Below are positions 1 to 11,895 of a stretch of DNA of 64,000 bases, piece by piece (within the stretch, counting starts at the first letter, position 1; every line of letters starts with the position of its first letter). The DNA comes from Hydrolagus affinis. Lineage: Eukaryota. The notes under the pieces were generated by a model. It was not told where the DNA came from and did no database searches. It saw only the letters and a program-made list of their open reading frames with translations. Both the position numbers and the translations under genes were made by a program. The DNA lies in the NCBI GenBank assembly GCA_012026655.1, contig JAAILG010001296.1, forward strand, positions 1-64,000. Direction: 5' to 3'.

Positions 1-357
1 ATTATTGCCCTTGTTGTAACCATATGTCAGAATGCTCGGGACAACACACTTTCCCTTCACAACTGCTGCTCAAGAGAGAGCAAAGCGAATGACAGATTCC
101 AACATTCAAATTTCAACCTTCAGATAGTACCAGAATCCAAGCTAATCGCAAATTATGTTGAAGTTCGTGGGTCTGGGTCCCGTTCCGAAACCCTGTGTTA
201 CAAGGTGCAGTCAGCCGTAGAAAACGATAAGGTGGACTTCATGCTGTTTACCCCGTATAGTCCAGGACCACATCAAAGCAATATCAGCGAACCTGAAAAT
301 CAAGCAACAGAATACACCAGGAAATCACTGAACAATAGTTCTGGCATGCGCAGTGAG
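1..357 (+). CDS. cPcdh variable exon A1, 3' fragment (end of TM and variable cytoplasmic domain)
   Basis: Frame 1 reads IIALVVTICQ...YVEVRGSGSRSETLCYKV...DFMLFTPYSP...RSE, matching the C-termini of the downstream paralogues. It ends at GAG|GTGAGT, phase 0. Confidence 0.93.
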
Positions 358-2235
358 GTGAGTAATAAGTATGCGAGTAATATGTGAGTAATTCTGAGAT
401 AATCAGAATTCAGTGTGTGTTACATCCTTATTTATATGGCTCTTGAATCATTTACCAATTTCGTCCAGGCGAAATTAGGTAATCTAGTCATAATAAGAAT
501 GGCAATGTCAATGTCGTGGTCAATTGTGATGCAATTGACCACTTGACAAATTTAACTTTGTATTAAATAAATCACATTTGAAGGTTACTAACGTACTAGA
601 GGGTATCTCTTTCAGTCTTCACTGGTTTGTTTTGGCATAGTCAGTAGCATTGCACTTTTATATCAATTTGAAAGAAGCAAATGCATCCCCTTAGCCAAAA
701 TACAGGTTATTTACAGAGGGATATCTATTGCAAATTAATAATTAAACAATTCAGAGTAAGTCAGAATCCGATGATTTTTTTTTAATTTCAGCTACGTGTT
801 TGTTGATTTGCCTGTTCAATTGGTTACATGTACCGAAATCCATCTCCACTGTATTTGCTTTTTGCATAAAATTTACTAGAGTTCTGTTCTAACAAGGTTC
901 TCCATTGGTTTCCAATGCCTCATTCTGGAGCCGTTTTTCATGTTCGAATTCAGACTGTATTCCCATTAAAATAGTGAGACGTAGAATCCTCTGGTTTCAG
1001 AGCCAAGTCAAGTTCTCCTTGGATCCTAAATGTCAGAACTTTCGCAAACTTTAGAACTATAATTTTGTTGTTCACTTTGTTCTGATGAAGGAGAGTCACG
1101 TCTGTTGCCAGCGTCAGTAATTTTCTCTCCCTGCAGGGCTACCATATGTATGATGCAATGTACTGTATTCTATAGAAACTTCAGAATGTATACAAGGCTG
1201 TGACATCTACATTCTTTATGTTTGGCTCAGTGACTGTGCAAAGCTATTGCAAATTAGGTCCGAATCATGTGCATCTTTTTCTGATAAGAATTTGTGAAAT
1301 GTAATAGCGGACTTGAAAGCTCCTGTGAACCACATCATGAATTTAGTGCTCCAGTATATCACTCAGCTCATCGTAACTTCGGGTTTCTCACCAAAATTAC
1401 ACGTTTGGCTATCAAACTCACCTAGAAGCAAAGAAAATAGCAAACCAGAAATCTGTTTTGTGGCTGGATTAATGGTTTGGTTAGACTTTTCGCGCATTTT
1501 TCTCGGCTTTCGGAAACCGGAAGTGAGATGGGTAAAACCGGTTGTGTGATCCAAATGTTGAGTTTCCACTCCAATATGGGATGTGCTGTATGGTTTTCTC
1601 AATGAACATTATTTGTGAATCATCAACTAACTGGCGAGGATAGAATCCACAATTCACAACTATATGAAATGAAGAAGTCATGTTAATTTTCTAGTGATTG
1701 TCACAAACGTTAGGGAGTTAAGTATTAAATTTAATTACCAAAATCAAAATATCATCTCTTCATATTCATATTCCTTTTGAATGCCTTGAACGTGGAATGC
1801 TATCATTGATAGTGATACGTTTGAGGATTATGTTCAGAATTTAACTATAATTGTGATAACCATTTCACACTGCTTCAATTAGTATTTTTTGTCTGACCTT
1901 TATAATTATATTTAAGTAGATTTTTTGGAAAAATATTTAGTACTGTGAATATGCACTTAAGAGTATGATGGTATTGTTTTGCGAGGAATTACTCGCTGGA
2001 CATATTTATAGACCAAGTGTCTTGGGTACGCTGAAAAAATCATTTCTATTCTACAATTAAAATAGAGATTAATTATGTATGTAGTATTATATTTATTCCT
2101 CCTACTCCCCAGTAAATATTCTCATAGTTTTTATTAGTTTAAAATGCAAAGTTCATCTTCAAGTTACAATAAATATAGCCAAACTCTATGACTCCATCAT
2201 TTGGGGGTTAAATACTAGTTTTAATAGGAACCCAG

Positions 2236-2277
2236 TGTAGTTATGGCCTGAGACTCTCTGTGTCGCTGTCTACCAAT
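2236..2277 (+). promoter_or_regulatory. Pcdh promoter conserved sequence element (CTCF-type CGCT box) plus CCAAT
   Basis: TGTAG-N12-ACTCTCTGTGTCGCT-GTCTA-CCAAT, about 245 bp before the ATG at 2504. The motif recurs before other variable exons. Confidence 0.85.
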
Positions 2278-2503
2278 AAGGAGAAGAAATTGAGCAGGAG
2301 ATCCACCACCCATCCCCCAACACCGAGAACAGGAGGCATGCGCAGTGCTGGCCTTTATATTCACGTTCGGAACAACCTCTCCACAAGGTATACCGGATTT
2401 TCCAATTTGGAACTGAAATATATGGGATTATGTTTCGAGTCGACATAGACCACTGACCAAGGGAACCATTTACCCGTCACAAATTTTCGCACAGCAGAGA
2501 GAA

Positions 2504-4981
2504 ATGGCACATTCAGGCAGACTGTGGGTGCTGAGAAGGCAAGTATCGTCCATTTTCCTGCTTTGTGTTTGGCGTGTGGTTTCGGCGCAGATTCGGTACT
2601 CCATTCCCGAGGAACTGAAACACGGTGCTTTTGTGGGGAAAATCGCATCGGATTTAGGATTAAAAGTAGAGGAATTGCCAAATCGCAAGTTCAGGATCGT
2701 CTCTGACGCACAGACTCAATACTTGGATGTGAATCTCAACAGTGGGGTGTTGTTTGTGAATGAAAGGATAGACAGGGAGCAGCTTTGTGGAGAGAGCCTT
2801 TCCTGCCTCCTACCATTGGAAGTGGTGATCGAAAACCCCGTGGAACAGTATCGAGTGGAAGTGGAGGTTTTGGACATAAACGACAATTCTCCCAGTTTCC
2901 CAAAGAATGAAATTATTTTGGAAATCGCCGAGTTGGCGACAGCTGGAGCGCGCTTTCTGTTAGAGAGCGCGCACGACCCTGACGTCGGAACGAACTCTAT
3001 CCGCACTTACCAGCTCACTCCAAACGATCACTTCGCTCTGGATGTACAGACTCGTGGAGAATGGATTCTGGCCGAATTGATACTAGAGAAGCCATTGGAC
3101 CGAGAAACGCAATCGAACCATCAATTGTTACTCCAAGCCTTTGACGGTGGAACTCCTGAGAGAACAGGTACAGCCCGTATATCTATCATTGTATTGGACG
3201 CGAATGACAACGCACCGGTTTTCGAACAATCTCTGTACCGGGTCGGTGTAACGGAAGACGTGCCACTTGGTACTCTGGTGATCAAACTTAACGCCACCGA
3301 TTCGGACGAGGGTTTCAATGGTGAGATAGTTTATTCTTTCAGCAGCTACAACAAGGAGAGGATTCCAGAACTGTTCAGTATTGATCGCAAATCTGGGGAG
3401 ATTAGGGTGAAAGGGACATTGGATTTTGAGGAAGCAAGTGTTTATGAGATTAATGTAGAGGCTAAAAACAAGGGTATGTTTCCTTTAACCGCACACTGTG
3501 CCGTTCGAGTTGATATTAAGGATGTGAATGATAACACTCCGGAACTGGCGTTAAATTCAGTGACGAGTACAATAAGTGAGAAAGCAGAGACTGGAACTTT
3601 GGTGGCTCTGATTAGTGTAACAGACCGGGATTCCGATGAAAATGGGAATACCCATTGTCAGATCCTGCCAAATCTCCCCTTTGAGCTCAAATCTTCCTTC
3701 AAGAATTCATACAGACTGCTCACCAATGGCCCGCTAGATCGGGAAAGCGCTGCGGAATATCAAGTGATGGTTACCTGCACGGACCAGGGGTCTCCTCGAT
3801 TATCTACCAACAAAACCATCGCTGTGCATATCTCAGACATAAATGACAACGCGCCCAGATTTCCCCAGTCTTCTTATACAATTTATGTCACGGAGAATAA
3901 CCCCCCTGGCACTTTAATTGGATCAGTTACAGCTTCGGATCCTGACATGGAGCACAACTCCCACGTTACCTACTCTGTCCTCGACACCCAAATCGAGGGG
4001 ATGCCAGTAACTGCCTATGTATCCATCAACCCAGAGACTGGTGACATCTATTCGCAGCGCTCCTTTGATTATGAACAACTGAAACATTTTCGGATTCACA
4101 TTGAAGCTCAAGACGCGGGACTGCCATCACTTTCGGGTAATGCCACCGTTAACGTAATTATTCTTGACCAGAATGACAATACTCCTGTAATCATATCGTC
4201 CAAGACCACAAAGGACACCCAAATAAGGGTTCCACGGTCTGTGGGTGCTGGGTATTTGGCGACCAAGATCACCGCAACTGATGCCGATTCGGGCCAGAAT
4301 GCGCGGCTGTTCTTCCAGCTTCTACAAGCCACCGACCCCGGTCTGTTTACCGTTTCGCACAATTCAGGAGAGGTCAAAACCGCTCGCCGGCTTGAGGAGA
4401 AGGATTCCACTATACAAAGGCTCGTGATCCAAGTCAAAGACAAGGGACACCCGCCACTCTCAGCCACAGCTACTGTGACTCTTACAATCGTTGAACCTGT
4501 TGGAGAGTTGAGTTCCGATTTCCGTGAAACCCACACGATTTCTGAACATTCTTCTAATCTAGCCTTCTATATTATCATTTCCTTAGGAGCAATCTCATTC
4601 GTCCTTCTCGTGGTTATCATTGCCCTTGTCATTACCATCTGTCCCAATAACAGACACCATGCCTATGGTAGGACTTGGCCTCCTGTAAATTGCTGTTGCG
4701 TCAGGGAGCTGAACTCCAATAGTAGACTCCAGAGTGCCAATGCCACCCTTCAGATAGATTCCAAGTTCATGGCAAATATTGTCGAGGTGCGTGGAAATGG
4801 ATCCCTTTCTGATACATACCGTTACAAAGTCAGATCAGCACCGGAACCAAACAAAATGGAATTCATGTTTGTCACACCTTACAGTCCAACAACCTCTGGG
4901 AGTATGAAGAGGATCCCCAAAACATATCTGTCAGACCAGAGCGCGCCATCAACCAACAACTGGCCTGATAGATCAACTGAG
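2504..4981 (+). CDS. cPcdh variable exon A2 (826 codons: signal peptide, EC1-6, TM, variable cytoplasmic domain)
   Basis: QIRYSIPEE mature N-terminus, repeated DRE/DxNDNxP/AxDxD cadherin motifs, [24 protein letters not shown]. Donor GAG|GTGGGT, phase 0. The unspliced ORF runs on to 5017. Confidence 0.96.
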
Positions 4982-5013
4982 GTGGGTAGCAGATACAGTA
5001 CCAGAGCAAATAT

Positions 5014-5350
5014 ATAATAATAATAATAATAATCCTTGCATTTGATATAGCGCTTTCCACATCTTATATCAACGTCGCAAAGCGCTTCACAGAATATACT
5101 GTAAAGTGAATTGACTGTATATATTTGTGGGCGAATCGCGGCAGCCAATTGCGCACAGCAGTGTCACACACACAGTCGTGGATTGAAATGACCAATTTTA
5201 TTATTGTATTTTTTTGGATGGATTATTATTAGGCGTGTGGAGTAAGGAAACTTGCCCAAGGTTTCGCCCTGACCTGCCTGGATTCGAACACAGGTCTCCC
5301 CAGCTTGGTTTCCCCAGCTTGCAAGACAACCACTGAGCCACGGGAGCTCC
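5014..5350 (-). mobile_element. tRNA-headed Deu-type SINE, near full length
   Basis: The minus strand starts GGAGCTCCCGTGGCTCAGTGG (A box), has GTTCGAATCC (B box) and the core CTGCTGTGCGCAATTGGCTGCCGCG, and ends in an L2-like tail GCGCTATATCAAATGCAAGG(ATT)n. Family recognised from memory. Confidence 0.75.
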
Positions 5351-5597
5351 ATATGCGAGAAGCAGTAGCAGTTTACTTGTGTGTCTACTTTGTCCATTTT
5401 GCATTTAAGTCTATCAAAATATGCATGATTGCCATAATTCTATTTCGTAGTAAGATATTTTATTGTAGATTTTAAAAAATATTAAACGAACCTGATCTAA
5501 AGATGGTGGTTTCAACATACCAGATTGAATGGACACTGTGCTAATGAGGAGGTATTTGATACAAATGTATGTTTACCACATCTAACAATTCAGAATT

Positions 5598-5876
5598 GGA
5601 GCCCTGCAGCTCAGTGGTTAGAGCATTTGCCTTACATGCGAGACACCTGGGTTCAGTTCCAGGCAGCACAAATCCTTGGACAATTTTCCTTATCACCACA
5701 TGCCTAATAATAATCTCTCTAAAAAAATAAATTTGTCATTTCAATCTATGACTATTTGTGGGACACTGCTATATTTCGCCCATATATTTAGTTAATTCAG
5801 TTCACAGTATATTCCATGAAGTGCTTTGAGATGTCTAGAAGAGATGAAAAGTGCTATAACAAATGCAAGGATTATT
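5598..5876 (+). mobile_element. tRNA-headed SINE, same family as 5014-5350, opposite orientation
   Basis: tRNA-like head GGAGCCCTGCAGCTCAGTGGTTAGAGCA...GGGTTCAGTTCC, shared body (CATTTCAATC..GACT..TTGTGGGACACTGCT) and tail AAATGCAAGGATTATT. Confidence 0.75.
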
Positions 5877-7760
5877 TTAATACAAATGTTAAGGAAGAAA
5901 ACACATTGAATATGTAAAACAGTATCAACGGTGTTATATTGAACAAATTGAACCATGATGAATTTTAGCTATGATAAATTAATGCTTTTAAATATATTTG
6001 GCTAATCTTAATTTCTAATGTAACATAATCCTTGGAATATAATTTGAGGTAAAGGCAAAACTAATGTATTCTAGAGAGAAAATGAAGGATATGCAGACCA
6101 ACTGCAAAGGTGGACTTTGTTTTGCTTAAATAAGTAAATTGGAGTGGAATGTAACCTTTTGCACGAAGGTCAAATATAAAGTTTGCCTTTTACCGTCACA
6201 TCAAATTAATAATTATTTCAAGTATATATTGGTATATAAACACATGTTCTGCTTATATATTCTGAAATGCTTAATAGATCTGTTGCAGCACAGCAAATCA
6301 ATACTTTTGATAGAGATAGTTGTGGTAAGGCTGCCAACTCACTCAGAATTCCACATGCTTGATCCAATGAACATAACGAGTTTGTGATCAACTGATTGTG
6401 TGTGTCATAGAGACATTGATAATCAATGCAGCGACCTCCAACAAAGTTACCTTCATAACAGCAGAGAAGATAGTGAGAGCTTAACAAAATATGATGTAAT
6501 CATATTCGTCAGCATTATGCGTTGCCGTGGTACAAATATAATTTGAATGCATTTTTCCTCTACTGCAAGAAACTAAATAGTGTCACAGTGAAGGACATTC
6601 GTCCCGTTCCGGAAATGTATCTAAGTGTGATGTGGAAGTTTGCATGAACACCTGGACCTGGAAAGTTAAACACTTTCACTAATTTTGTATGCTTCATCTC
6701 AGTGGACATTCAATTAGTGGTGGTATATTCTATGTTGAAATATTTTTCTGTAAAGTATGATATTTATCATTATACAATTATCTTCCAAAAATATCAGGTT
6801 CGTTTTCTTTCAAATATATCATATAATTCATAATATTCTTTTACCTCAGAATATAGTATATTCTGAGGTAAAAGACACTTCGAAGGTCAGATTCAAACCG
6901 TACAATCCGTGGGTGGTCTGCAACTGGATCGTTACACACAGTTCCAATCCCAGCAACATTTTGGAGAACCAGGCACAGAGACAGTACAGCGAGAAGGAAC
7001 AAGTCTGACCATCCCTAAGTATTACAGGGATTATTTTACGAGGAGCAAATAAGATATGTTTGAATGTTTTGGAGAAACCATACCAAGATATTTATTTGTT
7101 ATACTAAATGGCATGGAGAAGTTAAGCATTGCCTTCAGGTCCGCAGAGACTCCTGGACAAGTCTGCACGGTTTCAGACTTATGGAGAACGATTTATGTCA
7201 AGATACCAGTACGTATGTCTTTATACAGAAGAAGTACTTCCTGGTGTACTGGTATAAATTGATTGACTTGTCTCTGCAAACCTGGAAGGGAAGCAAAGGC
7301 AAGAATATAGGAATCAGTAACAAAAAAGAGCTTAGTACTGTTATGTTCATAAATTATGATGAGTTTTCCTAAAGCAAGCAAGTGGGCAGATGGATCATAA
7401 TCTGAACCATTCCTGTGCTCTTGTAGCTTGAGTGATGATGTTCCAAGCTTCAAATGGGTATTGGTAACATTCCGATAGACTATGCAATCTGAGGATGGGA
7501 AATTAGAGTTGTCTTATTTAGGTGAGTCATCATTTTTTTTCTGTACATACGTCCTGTGGCCTTATTTAAATCTTCTCGCTGTGCGTCATAAAAACATATT
7601 TACATATTTACCTTGGATCTAAGCATTAATAGGACATTTATTTTTTATTTGAACAAGTACTTCTGGCATTGCTTGGATGAGATTCTGGGTCAACTGATGG
7701 TTGTGTTCTGACAAATAATTTAGGGTTCATGGGAATATATATGGTTGAGAAACTGCTACG

Positions 7761-7802
7761 TGTAGTTATTGGGCGAGACACTTTGTGTCGCTGTCTACCA
7801 AT
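7761..7802 (+). promoter_or_regulatory. Pcdh promoter CSE plus CCAAT
   Basis: TGTAG-N12-ACACTTTGTGTCGCT-GTCTA-CCAAT, about 277 bp before the ATG at 8061. Confidence 0.85.
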
Positions 7803-8060
7803 GAGGAACTGAAATATGACCAGAGATCCATCAGTCCTCCCCCAACACCATACAGGGTGGAAAAGAAGGCAAGCTGGAGCGCCGTTTGCATTTATATATC
7901 AGCCATCTTTCGTTCCGGGCACATTCTGCATTGGTAGACATGCGATTCATCGTTTACTTTCCTTTGGATTTCATACAAAGATAAGTGGCTGTGAGCAATA
8001 TTTCTTTTTCATTGTTATTTACGCAGCATTGCGAATGAAAAGGCGCATTCGGGTTGGAGG

Positions 8061-10505
8061 ATGCAAACGTTGCCCCTGCTGATCCTGCTTTGTGTCTGGG
8101 ATTTCTGTTCTTGTCAGATTCGATATTCTATACCAGAAGGATTAGAATCCGGCTCTTTTGTTGGGAATATTGCTAGAGATTTTGGATTAGATGTAAGAAA
8201 GCTCTCCGATCGCAGATTCCGGATCATCTCCGCCACAGAGGAGAGGTATTTCGAGGTAAATTTAGAAAATGGCGTTTTGTCCGTTAGAGAGAAAATCGAC
8301 CGGGAGCAGCTCTGTGATCAAAGTTCCCCCTGTTTACTGAACCTGGAGGTTGTTATGGAAAATCCTTTGGAACTGTACCGAGCTGAAGTCGAGATACAAG
8401 ACATCAACGATAATTATCCCAGTTTTTCGAAAGCTGAGCTACATTTGGAGATCCTTGAATCCATCCCCCCGGGAACTCGCTTTCCACTAGAAAGCGCTCA
8501 CGATCCAGATGTGGGTATGAATTCCATCCGCACTTATCGCCTCAGTTCGAACGAGCATTTCACCCTGGAAATCCAGAAAAGGAGCGATGGCACTCCAATC
8601 GCACAAATGGTCCTAGAGAAATATTTAGACAGAGAAAAGAAAGAGGTTCATCGTCTCCTATTAACTGCCATCGATGGCGGAAATCCCGAGAGATCAGGTA
8701 GTGCCCAGGTCATCATCACTGTGCTTGACGTCAATGACAATTTGCCTGTTTTTGATAATTCTGTCTATAGAGTCAGTGTGGTGGAAAACGTGGCTGAGAA
8801 TAGTTTAGTTATTGATCTGAACGCTACTGATTTGGACGAAGGTTCCAATGCCAATATAATCTATTCCTTCAGCAGCCACACTCCGGATAAAGTCCGTGAT
8901 CTGTTTAATTTAGAGCCTGAAACGGGAGAGATCAGAGTAAAGGGGGTGTTGGACTATGAAAAAGCCGCTAGTTACGAAATCAATGTTGAAGCAAGAGACC
9001 AAGGCGCAAACTCTGTTCCAGTGTATTGCAAAGTTCTGGTTGACATCGTGGACCTGAATGATTTTAAACCCGAGTTGACGGTGATGTCCTTATCCAGTCC
9101 AGTGCCCGAAGATGCTGCAATCGGGACTATGATAGCTCTATTCATTGTAAAAGACCCAGATAGCGGAGAGAACGGCAGGACGAGTTGTCACTTAGCCCCC
9201 AACCTTCCCTTTGAACTGAAGTCATCTTTCGAGAACTCCTACATGCTGGCCACCAAACATACCTTGGACAGAGAAACGGTTTCTCGGTACTCAATTAACG
9301 TCACCTGTGTGGATGGAGGTTCCCCCGCCCTTTCCACCGAGAAAGCTTTACTGGTGGAGGTTTCAGACATCAATGATAACGCCCCACGTTTTGAGAAGTC
9401 GTCTTACACAGCGTACTTACCGGAAAACAGCCCACCCGGCTCTTTGATTTGTACCGTGAGAGCTCGAGATCCCGATTTGGGTCAAAATTCCCATCTTTCC
9501 TATTCCATCCAGGAGAAACCCATTCAGGCTGCTCCTATCAGCTCGTTTGTGTCCATTAACTCAAACAATGGAAACTTATTTTCACAGCGTTCCTTTGATT
9601 ACGAGCAGCTTAAACTTTTCCAGGTCTATGTTGGAGCCCGAGATGCAGGGACCCCTCCTCTGAGCAGCAGCGTTATTGTGAACGTGATCATTCTCGACCA
9701 GAATGATAATCCTCCCACCCTTAGCTATGCCCTGGCGAAGGATGCATCGCGGGTAACTGTGCTTCGGTCGGCCCAACCCAATTCCTTGGTGACCAAGTTA
9801 GCTGCAACTGACGCTGATTCGGGCCAGAATGCAAAGTTGTTTTACAAACTGCTCCAAGCCACCGACCAAAGTCTGTTCACAATACTACACGGTTCAGGAG
9901 AGGTTCGAACTGTGCGCCCATTTGACGACAGGGATTCCAATGAGCAAGTGTTGGTTATTATGGTGAAAGATAATGGACATCCTTCTCTGTCGTCCACTTT
10001 CACCATCACATTGTTACTGATGGATGGTGTGGCAGAAATTCTCTCTGACTTCAGCGATCTTCCCCCAGATAGCGAGCCTCCCTCCAGTTTAGCCCTGTAC
10101 ACAATCATATGTCTGGGTTCTTTCTCATTCATCCTTCTTGTGATAATAATTGGCCTAGTGACCACCATATGCCACAATGATAACGGCAACAAAATGTGCT
10201 CTCTGGTCATTTGTTGCTTCAGAAGGAGAATTTCGAACAATGTTTCACGGCAGTCTAATATACACCTCCAGATACACCCTGATTCGAAACTGATTTCAAA
10301 CTTTGTAGAAGTTCGTGGGACCGGCTCCCTCTCACAAACCTATTGCTACAAAGTTGCTTCGACCTTAGAACCCGCCAGCAATGACTTGATGATACTCACT
10401 CCTTTCGGTACTGCAACGCGTGGAAGCAGAAGTAAAAACACTGAGATGTATTTCTCGGAGTGCAGTGAGCAAACTTCAAAGAAAAACGTTCATGTTGCCA
10501 GAGAG
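8061..10505 (+). CDS. cPcdh variable exon A3 (815 codons)
   Basis: Signal peptide, QIRYSIPE, six cadherin repeats, TM and a FVEVRGTGSLSQTYCYKV motif. Donor GAG|GTGAGT, phase 0. Confidence 0.96.
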
Positions 10506-11574
10506 GTGAGTTATCAAAAAAAAGGCCTATGCCCTCTATATACAAAGAGGCAATGTCTCGTATTGTATATGGATCTGTAATCATTTGAGCATTTATAAAT
10601 GACCAATAGTTGGCAAAAATGTTACTTGGATCTTGGCTTCAAATAGTAAACGAGTTCCCTTAATATCTTGCAGGTAAAGGTGTCACTTTACCCGGTGCAG
10701 TGCCAGTGCACGTTACTGGAAGGTTATAGGTTCAATGTCTGTACTTGATCACATGCCAACCAGCTTGTTCCAACAGGAATCGAAAGGAATGACCAGTATT
10801 GGGAGCTTCCCACACTGTTAACCGGGTAGTGTGATGCAACTTGGATAAAGCAATGTCAGCTTGACAAAGTGTATCACAGATCACAACAAGCTATTGAGTT
10901 TAGGTTAGTCCGGCAGATATCTAAACTATCCCTGAGTACATTATCTCTTGCAAACCTGTGTCTAATACTTTCAGGAATTATGTGGGGAGCAGGAGAGAAT
11001 ACATTGTATTTCAATGAAATGAAAATTGTTCATTGGATGGCGGGAAGCATATTTAGAACTTTCAATCTGCTTTAATTCTTTTATGCATGACGTTAGATTT
11101 CCTCAAGAGTCAACCACCCGGTTGGTTAATATTAAAAAACACAGGGAGGAAGAGAAAGTGGATGGTACATGTTGACAAAGAAAATAGATTGAGGAATACT
11201 ACACATAGAATACATCAGCGCTTTGGGTCGCCCCTCTGTCTCAAACAGATGACAAGCTACTAATGTTTTTAAACGGTATATGTTCATGTTTTGTTGTGTT
11301 ACTGGATTGGGCCTGATCCTTTCGACTTAAAAGGCGACACATAAATGCAAGTTGTTGTTGTTGCTGTTCTTGGTCCAGATGTAAGTGATGGTTTATTGAA
11401 GTGCAATACACACAGGTACAGCTAGGTGGCTAATGTTTATCGTTTGGTGCTATTTATGAAAACATTAAATGCAATTAGTATGCTAATTGCCTTTGTTACG
11501 CATAAGCATCATAAAACAAGATTTCTCGTGGCTTTGTTTTATATGCAAGTCCAACAATATCGTCAATTTGTCAA

Positions 11575-11617
11575 TGCAGTTATTATTACAATACTCTCTG
11601 TGTCGCTGTCTACCAAT
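11575..11617 (+). promoter_or_regulatory. Pcdh promoter CSE plus CCAAT
   Basis: TGCAG-N13-ACTCTCTGTGTCGCT-GTCTA-CCAAT followed by a C-rich tract, about 297 bp before the ATG at 11896. Confidence 0.85.
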
Positions 11618-11895
11618 GGGGAGCCACAACGCTACTGGTAATCCACTCCCCCCCCTCCCCCCTCCCCCAGCACAACGCATAGTACAGAGCAGCAGAGGAA
11701 AAGCAATCTCCTGTTTACCATTGACATTGTGCCTGAGACGCTGATTATCACCGTGAAGGACAGAACAGTGGTCAGCATCTCCTTAGTATTTACTGTACAG
11801 TATATCAAACACAGGTGAGGGGCGTATTTTTCGCGAAACCGTATATTATTTTTTACACCATTACGAAACGAAAGGGCAGAGAATTCAGCCAGAGA

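Noticed and set aside
343-355. GGCATGCGCAGTG repeated at 343 and in the A2 promoter near 2335 (NRF1-like)
   Set aside because: It is not seen at equivalent positions in other exons or promoters and is probably coincidence.
2716-4536. Recurring antisense ORFs over the variable exons
   Set aside because: They are shadows of conserved sense codons with no independent protein features. They are not evidence for or against antisense lncRNAs.
5598-5670. tRNA-like sequences at 5598, 5350(-) and 32357
   Set aside because: The cloverleaves are degenerate and continuous with a SINE body and tail, so they are not tRNA genes.
8665-8681. Exonic CTCF site at the TAxDGG codons of EC2, as in mammalian Pcdh-alpha
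   Set aside because: Matches such as GCCATCGATGGCGG are weak and explained by protein constraint.
11815-11895. ORF-track N-terminal extensions of A4 (11815) and B1 (55083)
   Set aside because: They start at GTG codons. The first ATGs (11896 and 55242) give proper signal peptides.
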